Below are positions 13,599 to 26,913 of a DNA stretch of 64,000 nucleotides, in pieces. Origin of the DNA: Cycas panzhihuaensis (lineage: Eukaryota > Plantae > Cycadophyta); NCBI GenBank assembly GCA_023213395.1, contig CM041465.1, forward strand, positions 211,861,741 to 211,925,740, written 5' to 3'. How positions within the stretch are numbered: position 1 is the first letter of the stretch; each line of letters opens with the position of its first letter. The position numbers were made by a program, and so were the translations under genes. The notes beneath the pieces were generated by a model. That model worked only from the letters and a program-made list of their open reading frames with translations. It did no database searches and was not told the origin of the DNA.

Positions 13599-14963
13599 AT
13601 ATTATGAAAAAATATAAGAGAAACCTTATGATCATGCAACGATTATAATCTATCATGCAGTTATGTGATGCCATGCAGATGGAAATGTACATATTAAGAA
13701 AGGATGCAGCTTTGTATCCTAATGGTAATTCCAACAATGGTTGATTGCGGGTGATGCACATAATCACAGAGTGAAATCCTCTCTTTAAAGATCATCCATA
13801 GGTTTTCCAAGGTTTTTAAATCATGTGCAAAATAATCATATGTATATTGAGATAGCTTATTGTAACTTCCAATTAAAGATCATCAAAGTTAAAAGATAAC
13901 AGTCTGTAGAAGTAAGTAGTCTAAGCAACCAAGTAGTGTTCCCTTGGAAAAGAACAATCTCTACTCTCTAGAAGTAAGTAGTCTAAGTAGCCCAAGACTG
14001 AGCACTAAAAGGAACACTCTCTTATAGTGACTAGTCTTCACTACCAGTCTCTTTATATTCATAGTTCAAGGAGAAGGGAGATAAAGCATATAAGATTAAT
14101 TGTTACACTGGATAACTATCAAAAATATTCAAATGGGAGAAGGCATAGATTGTATTATTTTTATAGGCAAAACTATTTGACCAAATGTTTAACTATATAC
14201 AGATTATAACACAAATATTCAACCAAAGATTACAATGGTGGAAATGAATATTAGAGATAAATGTAAAGCTAGAGTCATCAATGGAGGAAGGACTTATTCA
14301 ATACATAGATAAGAGGATAAGGGCTAAAAAATAGAAGGCTTATACAATACAATATGATCTTATCACTCTTAATGTTAATAGAGAAATATTTCAACACACA
14401 CACACACACACATACACATATATAAAAACTCATGAATAAACCTAGTAAAGTGATGGTAACTAGTATGTAGAGGACCATCTTCCGAGAGTGAGATCTCCTT
14501 TTAGGAGAGGTGAAACTTTAAACTGATTTCTCAAATGAGTAGATGAGTCTACTAGGAATCCAACAAGTAGTCATATGTTGCACTTTCACTGAGTGTATGA
14601 GAAGCTAGAGGCTATGCACCTAGGTTTACTCTAATACCAAATGTTGTTCTAAATAGAGAGCAAAGCGAAGTAAGTAAATATAAATATTCAAGCTATATTA
14701 TAAATGCATTTGAAATACATCATTATATTAATCCATATTTGAGAAGAGTACATCAAATATCCTTTGAAAAGGTGGTGTTAAAGAACATAGAGGGTTTTGG
14801 TCCCAAAGAATAAATATGCAAGAGTAGGGCGGGAGCCCTCCTCAACCTAAAATTTGAAATACAATAAAATAATAACAAAACATAATAAAATAATCTCACT
14901 TAATGGTTGGGGGTGGCTCACTTGGTCCCAATGCAAGGTTAGGTGATGAGCATTAACCCAACA
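11200..14963 (-). mobile_element. Non-autonomous Copia-related LTR element with mini-gag (TR-GAG-like), copy 1
   Basis: LTRs 11200-11521 and 14642-14963 (TG..CA); TSD AAAAA; tRNA-iMet PBS (ctctaatacca, 14629-14639); PPT ttctcctcct 11522-11531; no pol. Confidence 0.9.
11523..12200 (-). pseudogene. gag: Mini-gag ORF: Copia gag N-terminus, novel middle region and RNase H-terminal tail
   Basis: MAMNLSNIGFPIFDGNDF..DGYD..LALMFCALDDNVF..KSIWDTL..VRQMLE..QATPTWKPFK..KYHKFKEKL; a few in-frame stops. Confidence 0.8.
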
Positions 14964-15239
14964 AAAAAATTATACTAGAGGTCTCATTAGAATTAAAGGG
15001 TTAAACTTATCTATTAAAGTTTTCTTGGTAAAGATAATCAAGTAAATATTAGATATCATACAAACCATGACACATAAAAACCAATAATAATTAAGAGTTA
15101 AAATAAGTAAATTACGAGATTAAGAAAATAAGTAAAGAAATATAAGGCCTAATAGACATAGTAAAAGGTAAGCCATACAAGCTTAAAATAGAACTAAAAG
15201 AGAAATCACCACTAGTAGAAAGAAATAGTATAAGACCAT

Positions 15240-16900
15240 AAAAATTTAAGATTCAAATTGATGTACCTAATTTTATGTTTAATGGTAACATTAACCTAGA
15301 AGAATCCATCAAACTTAGAAATTGTATACTTTGTTTCAAATAGACTAGAAGGGTTTATGCTTACTTGGGGAAACAATTAGTTTAAATTAGTAGTAGAATA
15401 AGTACCCTTAAGTTTTGACAAATTTATACAAGAATTTGTTATTCAAGCAATAATAAATTAAGACAAACCCTACCACATCAAACTTACCTACACTCTCTAA
15501 GTAGAGCAATCAATATAAGAGTACATGAAGAAATTTGAGAGTTTATCCAATAAAATAAAGTTGTGGTCTAAATAAGCATTAGATTTATATACTAAAAGTT
15601 AAAGAGCTAAATCAAAGGTAAAACTTCATAAATGCAAATGTTTAACCACTTGATGAGGTCATTAATATAGCTTATCAATCAAAGGTATAAGATCAAATTA
15701 GCTTACAATAGATCTATCATTCTATAGAGATATTAGATATTAATTAGAAGACATCCAAAACCTCTATAAATATGGAGTAACTATATAGCACTACCATGAC
15801 CAACCAAAATTACTAATTACAAAGAGAATAATAAAAGTAATGGAGAAGAAGAGAGAGTAGGTTATGTTATAATTGTGAGAAAGAGGTAGACATTTGACCA
15901 CCTAAAATCATGTGATAAGACACAAAAGTAACTATTTTAGATAGAAATATTTGAAGACATGATAAAATTATAGAATGAAAAGGAAGGTGAGTTAAAATAT
16001 AATATAGATTAGATAACTTGAGATATCTATAGAATTAATAATTGGATTACAAGGAAATGATACATTAAAATTAGTAGGTTACATTAAGAACCAAGTAGTT
16101 GTTCTTATAGAATTTGAAATCACTAAAAAGTTTATTAACTCTCAAAAGATGTAACAAATAGATTTGCACATTGAACACAATTCAAGATTTAGTGCATCAA
16201 TAGTAGTAAATAAAATTTTATAATACAATAGGGAAATTGAGAGCCTCAAACTAAGGATATAAGACTATGAGCTAAATTCTTTTTTTTTTATATTACCTTT
16301 ATGGGCTTAGTCTTGGGAATTTAATGAATAAAGATATTAGGCACATATAGCATAAAATTGGATGAAAGGTTTATATAATGCAAGGAAAATAGAGCTAAAT
16401 ATATATTATACGTAATCAAAATTTGATCTCCTTAAACATTTTAAGACTTACCCAAGGGGAGCATTATACTAACCTAGTAGTAGCATGACTATACTAATAC
16501 AACAATAAATACAAAACTAAGATAGAACTCTTAATTCATTAGCTACAAGATATGGATGTGATAACATATAATCAAATTTCTTATAATGCTTTAGTACTCA
16601 TAATAAGGAAAAAGAATTAATCATTTCACATGTGTATGGATTATAGAGTACTTAATAAGATTACCACTAAGGACAAATTCTCCATGCCATGAATTAATGA
16701 TATATTTAATATCACAATGTCTAATTATTCCCTAAACTAGATTTATGATCAAGTCACCTTAAAAATTACATAAGTGGCAAATAAAATAAGTGGTTCAAAT
16801 GATTGCATTTAACAAGATGTTTATATAATACCACTAACCACATGATAATAAAGATGTCATTATATATGAAACTACAAGGATACTTTGCACCTTTAATTAA
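15240..16900 (+). pseudogene. Highly degenerate, internally deleted Gypsy gag-pol fragment
   Basis: RT motif CMDYRVLNKITTKDKF at about 16632-16680; gag- and protease-like remnants upstream. Confidence 0.7.
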
Positions 16901-17239
16901 TAAATACCTAATCTTAAATACCAAAGTTCAAATAGTTAAAATAACTATTACATTCCCATACTAAGTGAAGACTAGCCTTAAAAGGAATAATATATTACTA
17001 TAGAGGTCTAATTAGAGGAAAAAGAGAGGGGGGAATATATAATGCTAGAGGTTAACTTCTTTATATGAATACTAAAATATACATATTTATAGTAGAAGTT
17101 ATCCTAATTTATAGGTTGTCTTGGATTAATTTATTCTTTTTCCTTTAATAGAGATGCACTAGAAAAGGCTTCCTTACCTTAAATATAGAAACTACAAATG
17201 TACTATTATCACTTCTTATTACTTATTTATTTTCCTTTT

Positions 17240-18100
17240 TATATTTTTTATTAAAAGTAATACTTCATTAGATCAAAAAGATTACATAAATGATGATATA
17301 CTAAAAAATAGGAAGAGAACATCATCCCCGCCATCCTATAGATGAGAAAACCAAAAAGACTAGACACCTAATAATACTCTATTAATCCACCTTATGCGGG
17401 TTGCTATGTTCGTACCCCAAACATCATCCCCCTTATAAGTGGTCAGCCTAATAGTTATGAGGACTAATAATTGACTAGTTTATTATATTTCGATCATGTT
17501 GGCTAGGTGGTGTACTAAATGTTATTGCTACTAGGACAAGTTAGGGTGATTATGGCAGGATCTACTTCTTCTCTTAAAGTAACCTTGGTAAGGCTCATTT
17601 AGCCTTGAATTATCCTCATTGGGTAATGCTCTAGATATTCTATAAGGGGTTGTACCCTATTGATCAATTAATTTAAGTAGGTAGGTTAGTTTATCTTGGA
17701 CCTTTTACACCTAGGTGTTGATATGTAAAACACATGATTGTAATATCATTAGAAACATCTTAGCTAGGAAGGTATATGTGAATGCCTATCTTTATGTTAA
17801 AATAACACATTATTTTTTAATTTCTAAATGGAGTAAAGGACTGCTACTTTCAATATCTCCTAAGTTAAATACATGAAAAGGGAGAGAAATTTAGTGTCAC
17901 CAAGAAGGACCACATTCTAATCAATCATATTAAAGGTGGTACATGAGAGAAAACTATTGACTAGGTTCCCAGTAGAGTTGTTGAAGAGACACCACCACTA
18001 AAATGGGTGGAGTGAACTTTCTTTCTATTTATAGAATATGTATACCACATCAACATGACTCATTTTAGCTAGCCAATCTTTGATTATCAAGCCCTTGTAG
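17240..18100 (-). mobile_element. Probable L1-type LINE 3' relic (RNase H / RVT_3-like)
   Basis: Minus-strand remnants resemble K.NVDG, GG..R..G, VVLLGDT and FLAK motifs in the right order; A-rich end near 17240. Heavily decayed. Confidence 0.4.
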
Positions 18101-18162
18101 AGTAAGGACTAAGTAAGAAAAAAGTTTCTTTTATTTTATTAGGACATGTTAGTCTTTCAAAT

Positions 18163-19327
18163 TGTCATTTCCATATTAGTTCATTTTATTTAAATTTATA
18201 AATACCATTTAAATTATCAACTATCCCATATATTTCCTACTATTTAAGAATCTAAAATTCATAGACTACATAGGTAAGTTAGTTATGCATATGCTATTTG
18301 TTATTTTAATTTGGTTGTTAGCTTATATATTTGTGTGTCTTTATATGTTGTTTGGCCTTACTTGTGGCATGGTGATGAGTATATGTGTTTTAGTAGCCTA
18401 TGATGATTTTGACCATGGTTAGTGGCACTATATTGCTTATTCACCTGAATCCCACATATTTAGAGATATCTCTAAGTACCTTTAAGAGCACTTCTAACCT
18501 CCACTTGTGACTATTATCCCTTTTTGTTACTATTTATTGATGAAATTTTGGCCATTGGACCTTCCAGTTACTTTTATTATGCTTCATTGTATTTCTCTAT
18601 CCCATTCTCTTTTTTGCAATAGGACATATGTCCCATTATAAAAATCATAATAGGGCACTCTTGTCTATTTTCTATTGTTTCAACTAGGCATACACTATAT
18701 CATTAAAAAAATTATAATGGGGTGGCTTATCCTATTATGTTTTTTTATAATGGGGTAGCACTTACCTATTATAAAATCGTAGGTGATGTTTTCTCTAAAA
18801 AAGAGCCATCATCTCCTCCTTTATCCATTAAAATTAAATGTACCTATAATAGGAGGTATCCAAATTTAATGTTCTATGTCCTTAATCTTGTATTACTCCC
18901 CCAAAACCACTCCTAAATCCATGATTTTACTTTTGATTTATGAATCAATCATATGGGATTTTGTACACATTCAAATCCATGGACTAAGTATTCATGGGTT
19001 TTGCTTATAATTTTATCAAAACCATGACCCTCAAAGCCATAAAGGGATCCCCTTATCAAATCTATATATACCCCTCCACTTTCCATAAAAGGGAAAAAAA
19101 ATTATACTATTATGTTGCTAAACTTTGGTTGAAATAATCTTCATTATTTGCTTATTTCATGTGAGTTGCATGTCATCTCATGCTTTCATTGCTCATATAA
19201 TTAGCTTTTACTTTTATTACATTTTCCACCTCGTTACATGTATGTATACCAATTTCCCACTTTTCAAAGTACTCAAGAAGTCTCTTAAGATGGTTAGTTG
19301 GTATTGTGGGGCCCTCAAAGTGTGACA
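18163..19327 (+). repeat. Probable solo or partial Gypsy LTR (TGTCA...GTGTGACA)
   Basis: Typical LTR terminus ggggccctcaaagtgtgaca at 19308-19327; no TSD found, so the left edge is uncertain. Confidence 0.35.
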
Positions 19328-19423
19328 AGCTTACCATCTCTAAGGCTCAACTCTTATTTTTCCTTTACTTTTGCTAGTAGAACAATTTATTTGAGTATTG
19401 CTCATAATTTAGCTTTTTGTTAT

Positions 19424-19447
19424 GATATATATATATATATATATATA

Positions 19448-19492
<45 letters not shown>
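19424..19492. repeat. (TA)n microsatellite
   Basis: Seen directly. Confidence 0.95.
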
Positions 19493-19496
<4 letters not shown>

Positions 19497-22216
19497 GTTA
19501 TTTTACTACTGACTTAGTAGGTAAAGGGAGCATTTAAAGGCCTTTATTTACAAGTAGTAGGAGCATGGAGCTTAGAGTTCCTTTTTGGTTCCTCTCTCCT
19601 CTTCTTTTCTACTTCTTCCTCTATTCCTTAAAATTTAATGGTGCATATAGGGCAGGGGAAACTCTATCAAAATTTTTCTACAAGGTACCATAGATATTAT
19701 CCCTTTAACTTATATTTTAATTTAATTTTTAGTAATTTAGATCATCTTAAGAAACTTATTTTTGTCATAGAGCAGGTTGATTAGTCATGATACTGTCAAA
19801 ATCCACCTAGAATTATCTAAAAATATATTTGCTAACTCCACTAAATTTAAGAACTACCTAGGGCAAGAGAGATTCCACCAAACTTTTTTAGCATTACCTT
19901 TAAAGGTATTGCCTTTTTAACTCTTCTTTTTCATTAATTTATAGCATTTTAAAATAATTATAATAACTTTTTTAATGTCATAAGTCTATCTAGCAAGCAA
20001 AAATACTATTAAATTTTTTATAAATTCCTTTCTTATTTTGTTTATGCTTTTGTGTGGTATTTAATGATTTACCCACCAAGTTGGCTATACAAGAAAGGGA
20101 TATTGGAGAAGTGGATGACTCCCCATTAAGGCTATAGGCACATTCAAGGTGTACTTATTTGCCTCCATTTTTTTTATTATTATTAAAAAATAAATAAAGT
20201 AACAAAAGTAAAATTTGGTATAATGGACCCTTCTTATACTTCAATCATTTCATTAAAAAAAGAAAGAGAAGAGAAGGATATGACTTCTTTCTTTACCTTC
20301 CGTTATTTACCCCAAGAAATAAAATGAATAAAATAAAGTACTCCTCCCTTTTTCATCCCTCTTTTCTTTATTGCCCATTCACACTTTATAAATAAAAGAT
20401 AAAAGAGAGAGAGAAGAGAGTAGAACACTCTCTTTCTGCTCATTTATTCCACAAGAAGAAAAAAAGAATGAAAAAGAAAAAAAAAAGATTGAGGATAGAG
20501 AGGGAGTGCTTATCCTTAGTTTGTTTACACATGCATTAATTTATTTATCCTTTCCCTCTCCTTTATTCATGTAGTTCTAATTAGAGAACTAAGAGAAAAG
20601 AGTAAAACAAGATATTCACATTTCACAAGCATGCTTGTTAGTAAGACTGAAGAGGGTATAAGGGTCACATTTGTTATGAGTCTCCAAACCCAAAGGTCTT
20701 AATTATGAATTTAATATAAGTTAATTATTATTTACATAAAAATCCAATAAGCATATATTTGCATTATAGTTGTGTGTTTTATATCCCCTCTTGTCCCCTT
20801 GTTTGTCCTAGTCCTCTATCTTCACCTTAGTGTTCATGTCCAAATGGAACATAGTGTCTATTATAGAGTTTACTATCTCCCTCCTTAGATAAGGATCTTC
20901 TTTGCCTTGGATCCTTTTCCATATTATAAGAGAGGTCATTCCCCCTTATAGGTTATGCCCTCTAGAAACCATATTAGGGACTCATTAATTAAGGGTTGAT
21001 GGTATACCATTCGCCCTTCCATTCTATATTATACTTTATATTTCACTTTAGGGTAGCCCAACTAGTAAGGCCTTATTAAGTTTACAAGCATCACATTCCC
21101 TCTTATTCTCTCATCAAGGTAATAAGTGCATCCATTTACTTGTTCTTATCTCTTATTTTAAAGGGTAGCTCTCACATGCATTAATATTCTTGAAGATTGC
21201 AAGCCCTTCTTCCCTTAGATCCCTATCAGTTTATATCCCTTAACTCCTTGCCCATCTAGTATACCTCAATGGTAACCCCACCAACTATGGATCATTGGAC
21301 CCTTACTACTCAAATGCTTTAGTGGTCCCAGATAACCAAGGATGTCTATACCTTTCCTTCATATAACCCTATTAGGATAGATGAATCTTACCCACCACAT
21401 AAACTTACACCAACTTATCAAAATCTAGTAGGATCCCCACTCATGTCATTGGAACTACCTAGGTGTAGTCCACTACATCCTTATTCAAACCATTAGCCTA
21501 TACATTCTAACAGGATCTATCACATGTAACTATGTCAAATCTCCAACCTATTCATACCCTAAAGAAGCCATCTAAGATCATCACCTCATTAAAGACACAC
21601 TTTAATGGGCTTTCTTTAGTTCCAACATCTTCAACCCCTAATCCTACATAGATCTCTCACATGTTTAATATTAAAAATATTAGTCCAAACTTACCTCCAC
21701 TTGTATCTCAACCCCAATAGGGTGGCTACATAAGCCACTTTGATAACTCCCTTAAACTATAGCTTCCATATTGACCCCTTTCTCAAATATAATGGGATTG
21801 ATCCCACCTTCATACTTTACCCCACCTATCTCGCTAGCTTCAAGACTTCATGCATTCATCATCCAACCTTCTAAGGTTTTAGTAAACCCTACTATTTGAC
21901 CTCACTTTATACCTTGCCATCCATCATTGGGGGTATGATGGGTCATATCCTACACTCTACTTAAATTATAGTGGGCTTACTCCTATCCTATATATACCAC
22001 CTAACTACCAACGCATTAGGCCTCAACTATATCCCACATACAATATGGATCTTCTCCGCCTGTGTGGTATAGCCCCTCTATCTAGGGGCCCATATGATTA
22101 AAACTAATTTTTACATCCCCTTGTTTATCCTCCTCTTATGCCCTTAAATATGGTTTTCCCTCAAATAACTCCTATTTAAGAGGGGATACCTCATCAAGGC
22201 TAGAGTAATACTAGCA

Positions 22217-22548
22217 TGATGGAGCCGAGGAGCAGAGCAAGACATCATAACGTTCTCATCTTGAGTACAACAAAGAATTTCCAATAGAATGGCGGTGTTA
22301 ATAAACACCAGGGAGGTATTCCCAACCCTTAAATAGAGAATTCGGGGAGGCATCGAGCACCATCACCCTAGCTGCATAATAATTAAGGTTAGTTTAAAAA
22401 ATATTAAAATAAATAATGGTGATACGTACCTCAAATGAGTGGTCATCTGAGCTGCTATCGAAGCGGCTCAAGGTACCTTAGGGGCCCTCAAAGGCGCCTT
22501 TGAGGGCCTTAAGCGCCCAGTGCACATACATTAGGATTATTCCCAACA
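22217..22548 (-). repeat. 3' LTR of Copia C
   Basis: Near-identical to 29999-30326; adjacent to the PPT. Confidence 0.95.
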
Positions 22549-22559
22549 TTCTCCCCCAT

Positions 22560-25500
22560 AAGCCCAATGTGTATGACTCCTAAATCATCTCTGAATTTCT
22601 CAAATTTGATTTTTCCCAAGGCCTTTGTAAAATATCCTCTATTTGATCTTCTGTACAATAAGTCAACTCTATCTCGTCTGCTTGTACAAGTTCTAGAATG
22701 AAGTGGTATTGAGTTTCAATATGCTTTGTTCTGCCATGGAATACTAGATTTTTGGTTATTTGAATAATGCTCTGATTATCACACTAAATTCTAGTGGGAC
22801 CTTTGCTTAATTTGAAAATCCTGTAAGAGTCTTCTTAACCGATTGATTCACGTGCTCCTAACATTGCAGCCTTTATATTCTACTTGATTGTGGATAAGGA
22901 AACAAGATTTTGTTTCTTTGTACCCAAGCTACCACACGATCCCATACTAAATGAATAACCCGAGGTAGATTTTCTATCATCGACATCACCACCTAATCAA
23001 TCTATATAACCGCTAATCGAAACTCGGATGTAGGTTTGTAGTATAATCCAAAGTCCGAGTCCCTTTAAGGTATCCGAGGATTCTTTTAGTAGCTTGCCAA
23101 TGAGATGTCTTTGGGTCCCGTGATAAATCTAGATACAACACTTACGTAATATGTTATATCGTGTCGAGTAGAGGTTAAATAAAGTAGGTCGCCAATCGGT
23201 TGTCTATAGTGAGTGGGATCAATCAAGTTGAGTCATCTGTCTTAGAGAGTTTAATTCCAATTTCTGCTGGTATTGACAATGGTTTACAGGTTGTCATATT
23301 AAATCTTTGTAGAAGGTCTAATATATATTTACGTTGAGAGATAAATATTCCTTGTTTATCTTCCCATACTTCCAATCCTAAGAAGTAGTGCATAAGACCT
23401 AAGTCACTATTTCAATTCCTTACACATAGCTTCTTTAAATTGACTTAAAAGTTGGGAGTCATTTCCAGATAAATTAAGTCATCTACGTAAAGTCCTATGA
23501 TCAATATCAAATTTCCTTTAATTTTGGTGTATAGGTTTGGATCCTTGAGATCTTTCAAACCCTTGATCTTTAAGATATGTGTCGATATGGGAATACCAAG
23601 CCCTAGGTGCTTGTTTTAGACCATATAACGCTTTCTTTAACTTGTACACTTTGTTTTCTTCCCCCCTGACTTCAAAACCGAGGGGTTGAGAGACATATAT
23701 ATCTTCTTGGATATAACCATTTAAGAAAGCACTTTTTACATCCATTTGATAAACAGGCCAACCCATTTGAGTGGCTAAACTTATTATCATGCGAACTGAT
23801 TCCATCCTAGCAACTGGGGCAAATGTTTCGGTATAGTCTATGCCTTCTCTTTGGGCATATCCTTTTGCAACTAAACGAGCTTTATATTTATCAATTGATC
23901 CATCAGAGTGGAACTTAGTCTTATAGACCCATTTGGTTCCAATGGCTTTCTTCCTTGGTGGTAAGTCTACAAGTTCCCAAGTATCATTTTTAACGATGGA
24001 TTTATATTCCTCTTGCATGGATTTTGCCAAGACTCATGTTGATTAGCCTCATCAAAAGTTTGAGGCTCATGACTTTCAAGTAGCTTACTCATTAGAGCAA
24101 AGTTAATTTTTGTGAACGTGTAGATCTTCGATTGTTATCTAATATATTTCCTAAGTCATGGTTGCGTTGAACCCATTTGGGTAGAGGTTGTGATGGTGGT
24201 TGAGATGATGTTGTTTCCTAGTGGTTTCGGAGAGTTTCTCCACATAGTAGGCACATATTTGGATGTATTTGATGCATTAAACTTAATGGTAATGTCCTTC
24301 TGTTGTTCGTGATTATTTTGATAGTAGGTGTCTTCTTGAAATTTGACGTCTCTACTCAAAGATAACTTTTGGGATTTGGGATCATAAACTTTGTAAGATT
24401 TTGATGATTCACTATATCCAATAAAGATACATTTTACACTATGATCATCTAATTTGGTTTTTCTTTGGTCAGGGATGTGGGCATAGGCTAAACAGCCAAA
24501 TACCTTAAGGTGACGGATACCGTGTTTATAACATGTCCATGCTTCTTCCGTGTCTTCCCCCTAACGGCTTTTGTGGAACATCGATTAAGTAAGTAGACTG
24601 TGGTATGGACTACTTCAGCCCAAAATTCATGGCCTAAGTTTTTATCTTTAAGCATACAATGTGCCATTTCTATGATAGTTCTATTTTTCCTTTCAGCTAC
24701 ACCATTTTGTTATGGGGTGTAGGGGTTGGTATGTTGTCGCCTAATCCCATGTTGGATACAGTAATCCTTGAAGATATTAGAGGTAAATTCTCCCCCATTA
24801 TCTGATCTTAAGGAGAGGATATGATATCCACTTTGTCGCTCAACGAAGGTTTTGAAGTCAACAAAGTGGTCGAAAGCATCGATTTGTATTTGAGAAAGAA
24901 CACCCAAGTATTTCTTGTAAAGTCATCAATAAATGTAAGGAAATACTTGGCACCGCCAGGAAGGAGTGGCCATTGGGCCACAAATATCTCGGTATACGAG
25001 TTGAAGAGGGGCAGATGCCCGATGGCTAAAGTCCGAAAACTTTCTCTATGTTGTTTTCCAAGAAGGCATCCTCACACAACTCTTTATTAACATCAATAGG
25101 GGTAAGCCATTAACCATATCTAATCTTTTCATAAGGGCTAAATTGGTATAATTAAGGTGGCCAAAAGCCGATGCCATAGGTCACTATCCATAGTAGTTGT
25201 GGTTCTAAGAGCATATGTATCTGAGGGGGTGATAGTAAGCTTAAATAAACAATCTTTAGTCATGATACCCCTAGCAACAATAGCTTTATTTTGTCGTTTG
25301 TCTTTGATGACACATTCACCGTTGTCAAAATTATTTTATAATCTTGTCCCATCATCATCCTCTACCGATAGTAAGTTTTTCCTTAAAGCAGGATGTATAG
25401 AACATCATTTAAATATTTATATTCACCATTATCACCAATAAGGCAATATTACCTTTTCCAATCAATTGGTGAGAAGTGTTGTCTCCAAACATAATAGACC

Positions 25501-26750
25501 CTTTCTTATTTGTATCTAAAGTTTGAAATAAATGTTCTTTATAGGTCATGTGGGTGGAACAACCTGGAATCAATGTACCAACTATCATCCTCTTCTTCCC
25601 GGTGAAAAACTAGATAGAAATAACCTATTATTGATTTTAGATTCGATGTATTTGACACATGCCTTCTAGGGGTGGTCCATGTTTTAAAAACACTTATCTT
25701 CAAGTGACCATTTCTACGATAATAAGTGCAATATAGTTGATCTCTTTTTCATAACTAAGATTTTGATTCCTTGGTGGAGAGTGATCAAAGTTGAGAGGTC
25801 TCCCCTTTCTTCATAGAATTGAGTATTATTATTTCTTGGTTGGTCATGATAGTTTTGAGGTGTTCTAGAAGGTTATGGATTCCCATGACAATGTGGGCAA
25901 CAAGGATGATTATCGACTTGTCTTCGTTGGTTTGGGTTTCTTTGAATGTTCGAATGTCTTGGAGAGTTTTCATGTTGTGGGGTCGTCCTTGTCTATTATG
26001 AGGAACTTGGTATCGTGGAGGATATTGTCTAGTTTCATTTCTAGGGTTTTCATCTTTTCTCCTTAGAGGAGATTCATTTTGTTTTGAGGTGCCATCTTGA
26101 GGGTTAGGTTGAATGTTGGCCTTTGTAGCAAAGGCATGTTCTAAAGTTTCATTGGCAACTTGTTGCTCTTCTATGGACATGAGCATAGCGAAGTTGTTCT
26201 ACTTTAAGGGTACTTAGGTCTTTAGATACACTAATACTAGTAGCCACCATTTCAAAACCTCTAACCCCTCCTACACATCCAACCATTCCTTCAACTACTC
26301 TTTCTTCCCTTAACCTATCCCCAACCCACCTCATTTCCTTAACTATATCTTCAATCTTCCTCATAAATTCACTTATTCATTCATCACCCATCATACCTAA
26401 ATTTTCAAACTTACTTCTTAAGTTTTGTAATTTAGGGGACACGACCCCTTCGTATATAAGCTGTAAAGTATCCCAAGCCTCTTTAGACTTAATGGATTCA
26501 CTGACTCGTGGGAAAACATGATCTTCCAATGCACAGAAGATAAGGGCTAATGCTTCATTATCTTTTTTGACATTTTCCTTGTATGTAGCTTTTTCAAGAC
26601 GCTTGGATTTGATCCTAAGTCATTGTAACCAGTTCTCACTATATCCCACATCTCATTTGCTATGAGGATGGGCCTCATCCTCCTACTCCAGTTAAGAAAA
26701 TTATTTCTATCAAATTTAGGAATAATCATATTCCCAAAACTAGACGTCAT
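22560..26750 (-). pseudogene. gag-pol: Copia gag-pol of element C (frameshifted)
   Basis: MTSSFGNMIIPKFD start; LRSDNGGEF integrase; RT 23518-24030 ([35 protein letters not shown]); RNase H. Confidence 0.95.
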
Positions 26751-26913
26751 TTTAAATTAAGGTTGTATAAAATGTGATAAATGCAATAGCAAAAATATTT
26801 GAATGTAAAAAATTTGAAAGAACTTAAATAAAAGAAGTTATTTCCAAATATATATATATATCCCAAGGTTTTCCAAAGTTTTAAATAAATGAACTAGGAC
26901 CTAGAACGGCTAA

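Noticed and set aside
13445-14478. ORFs with CVCVCV runs
   Set aside because: Produced by (CA)n microsatellites; no coding evidence.
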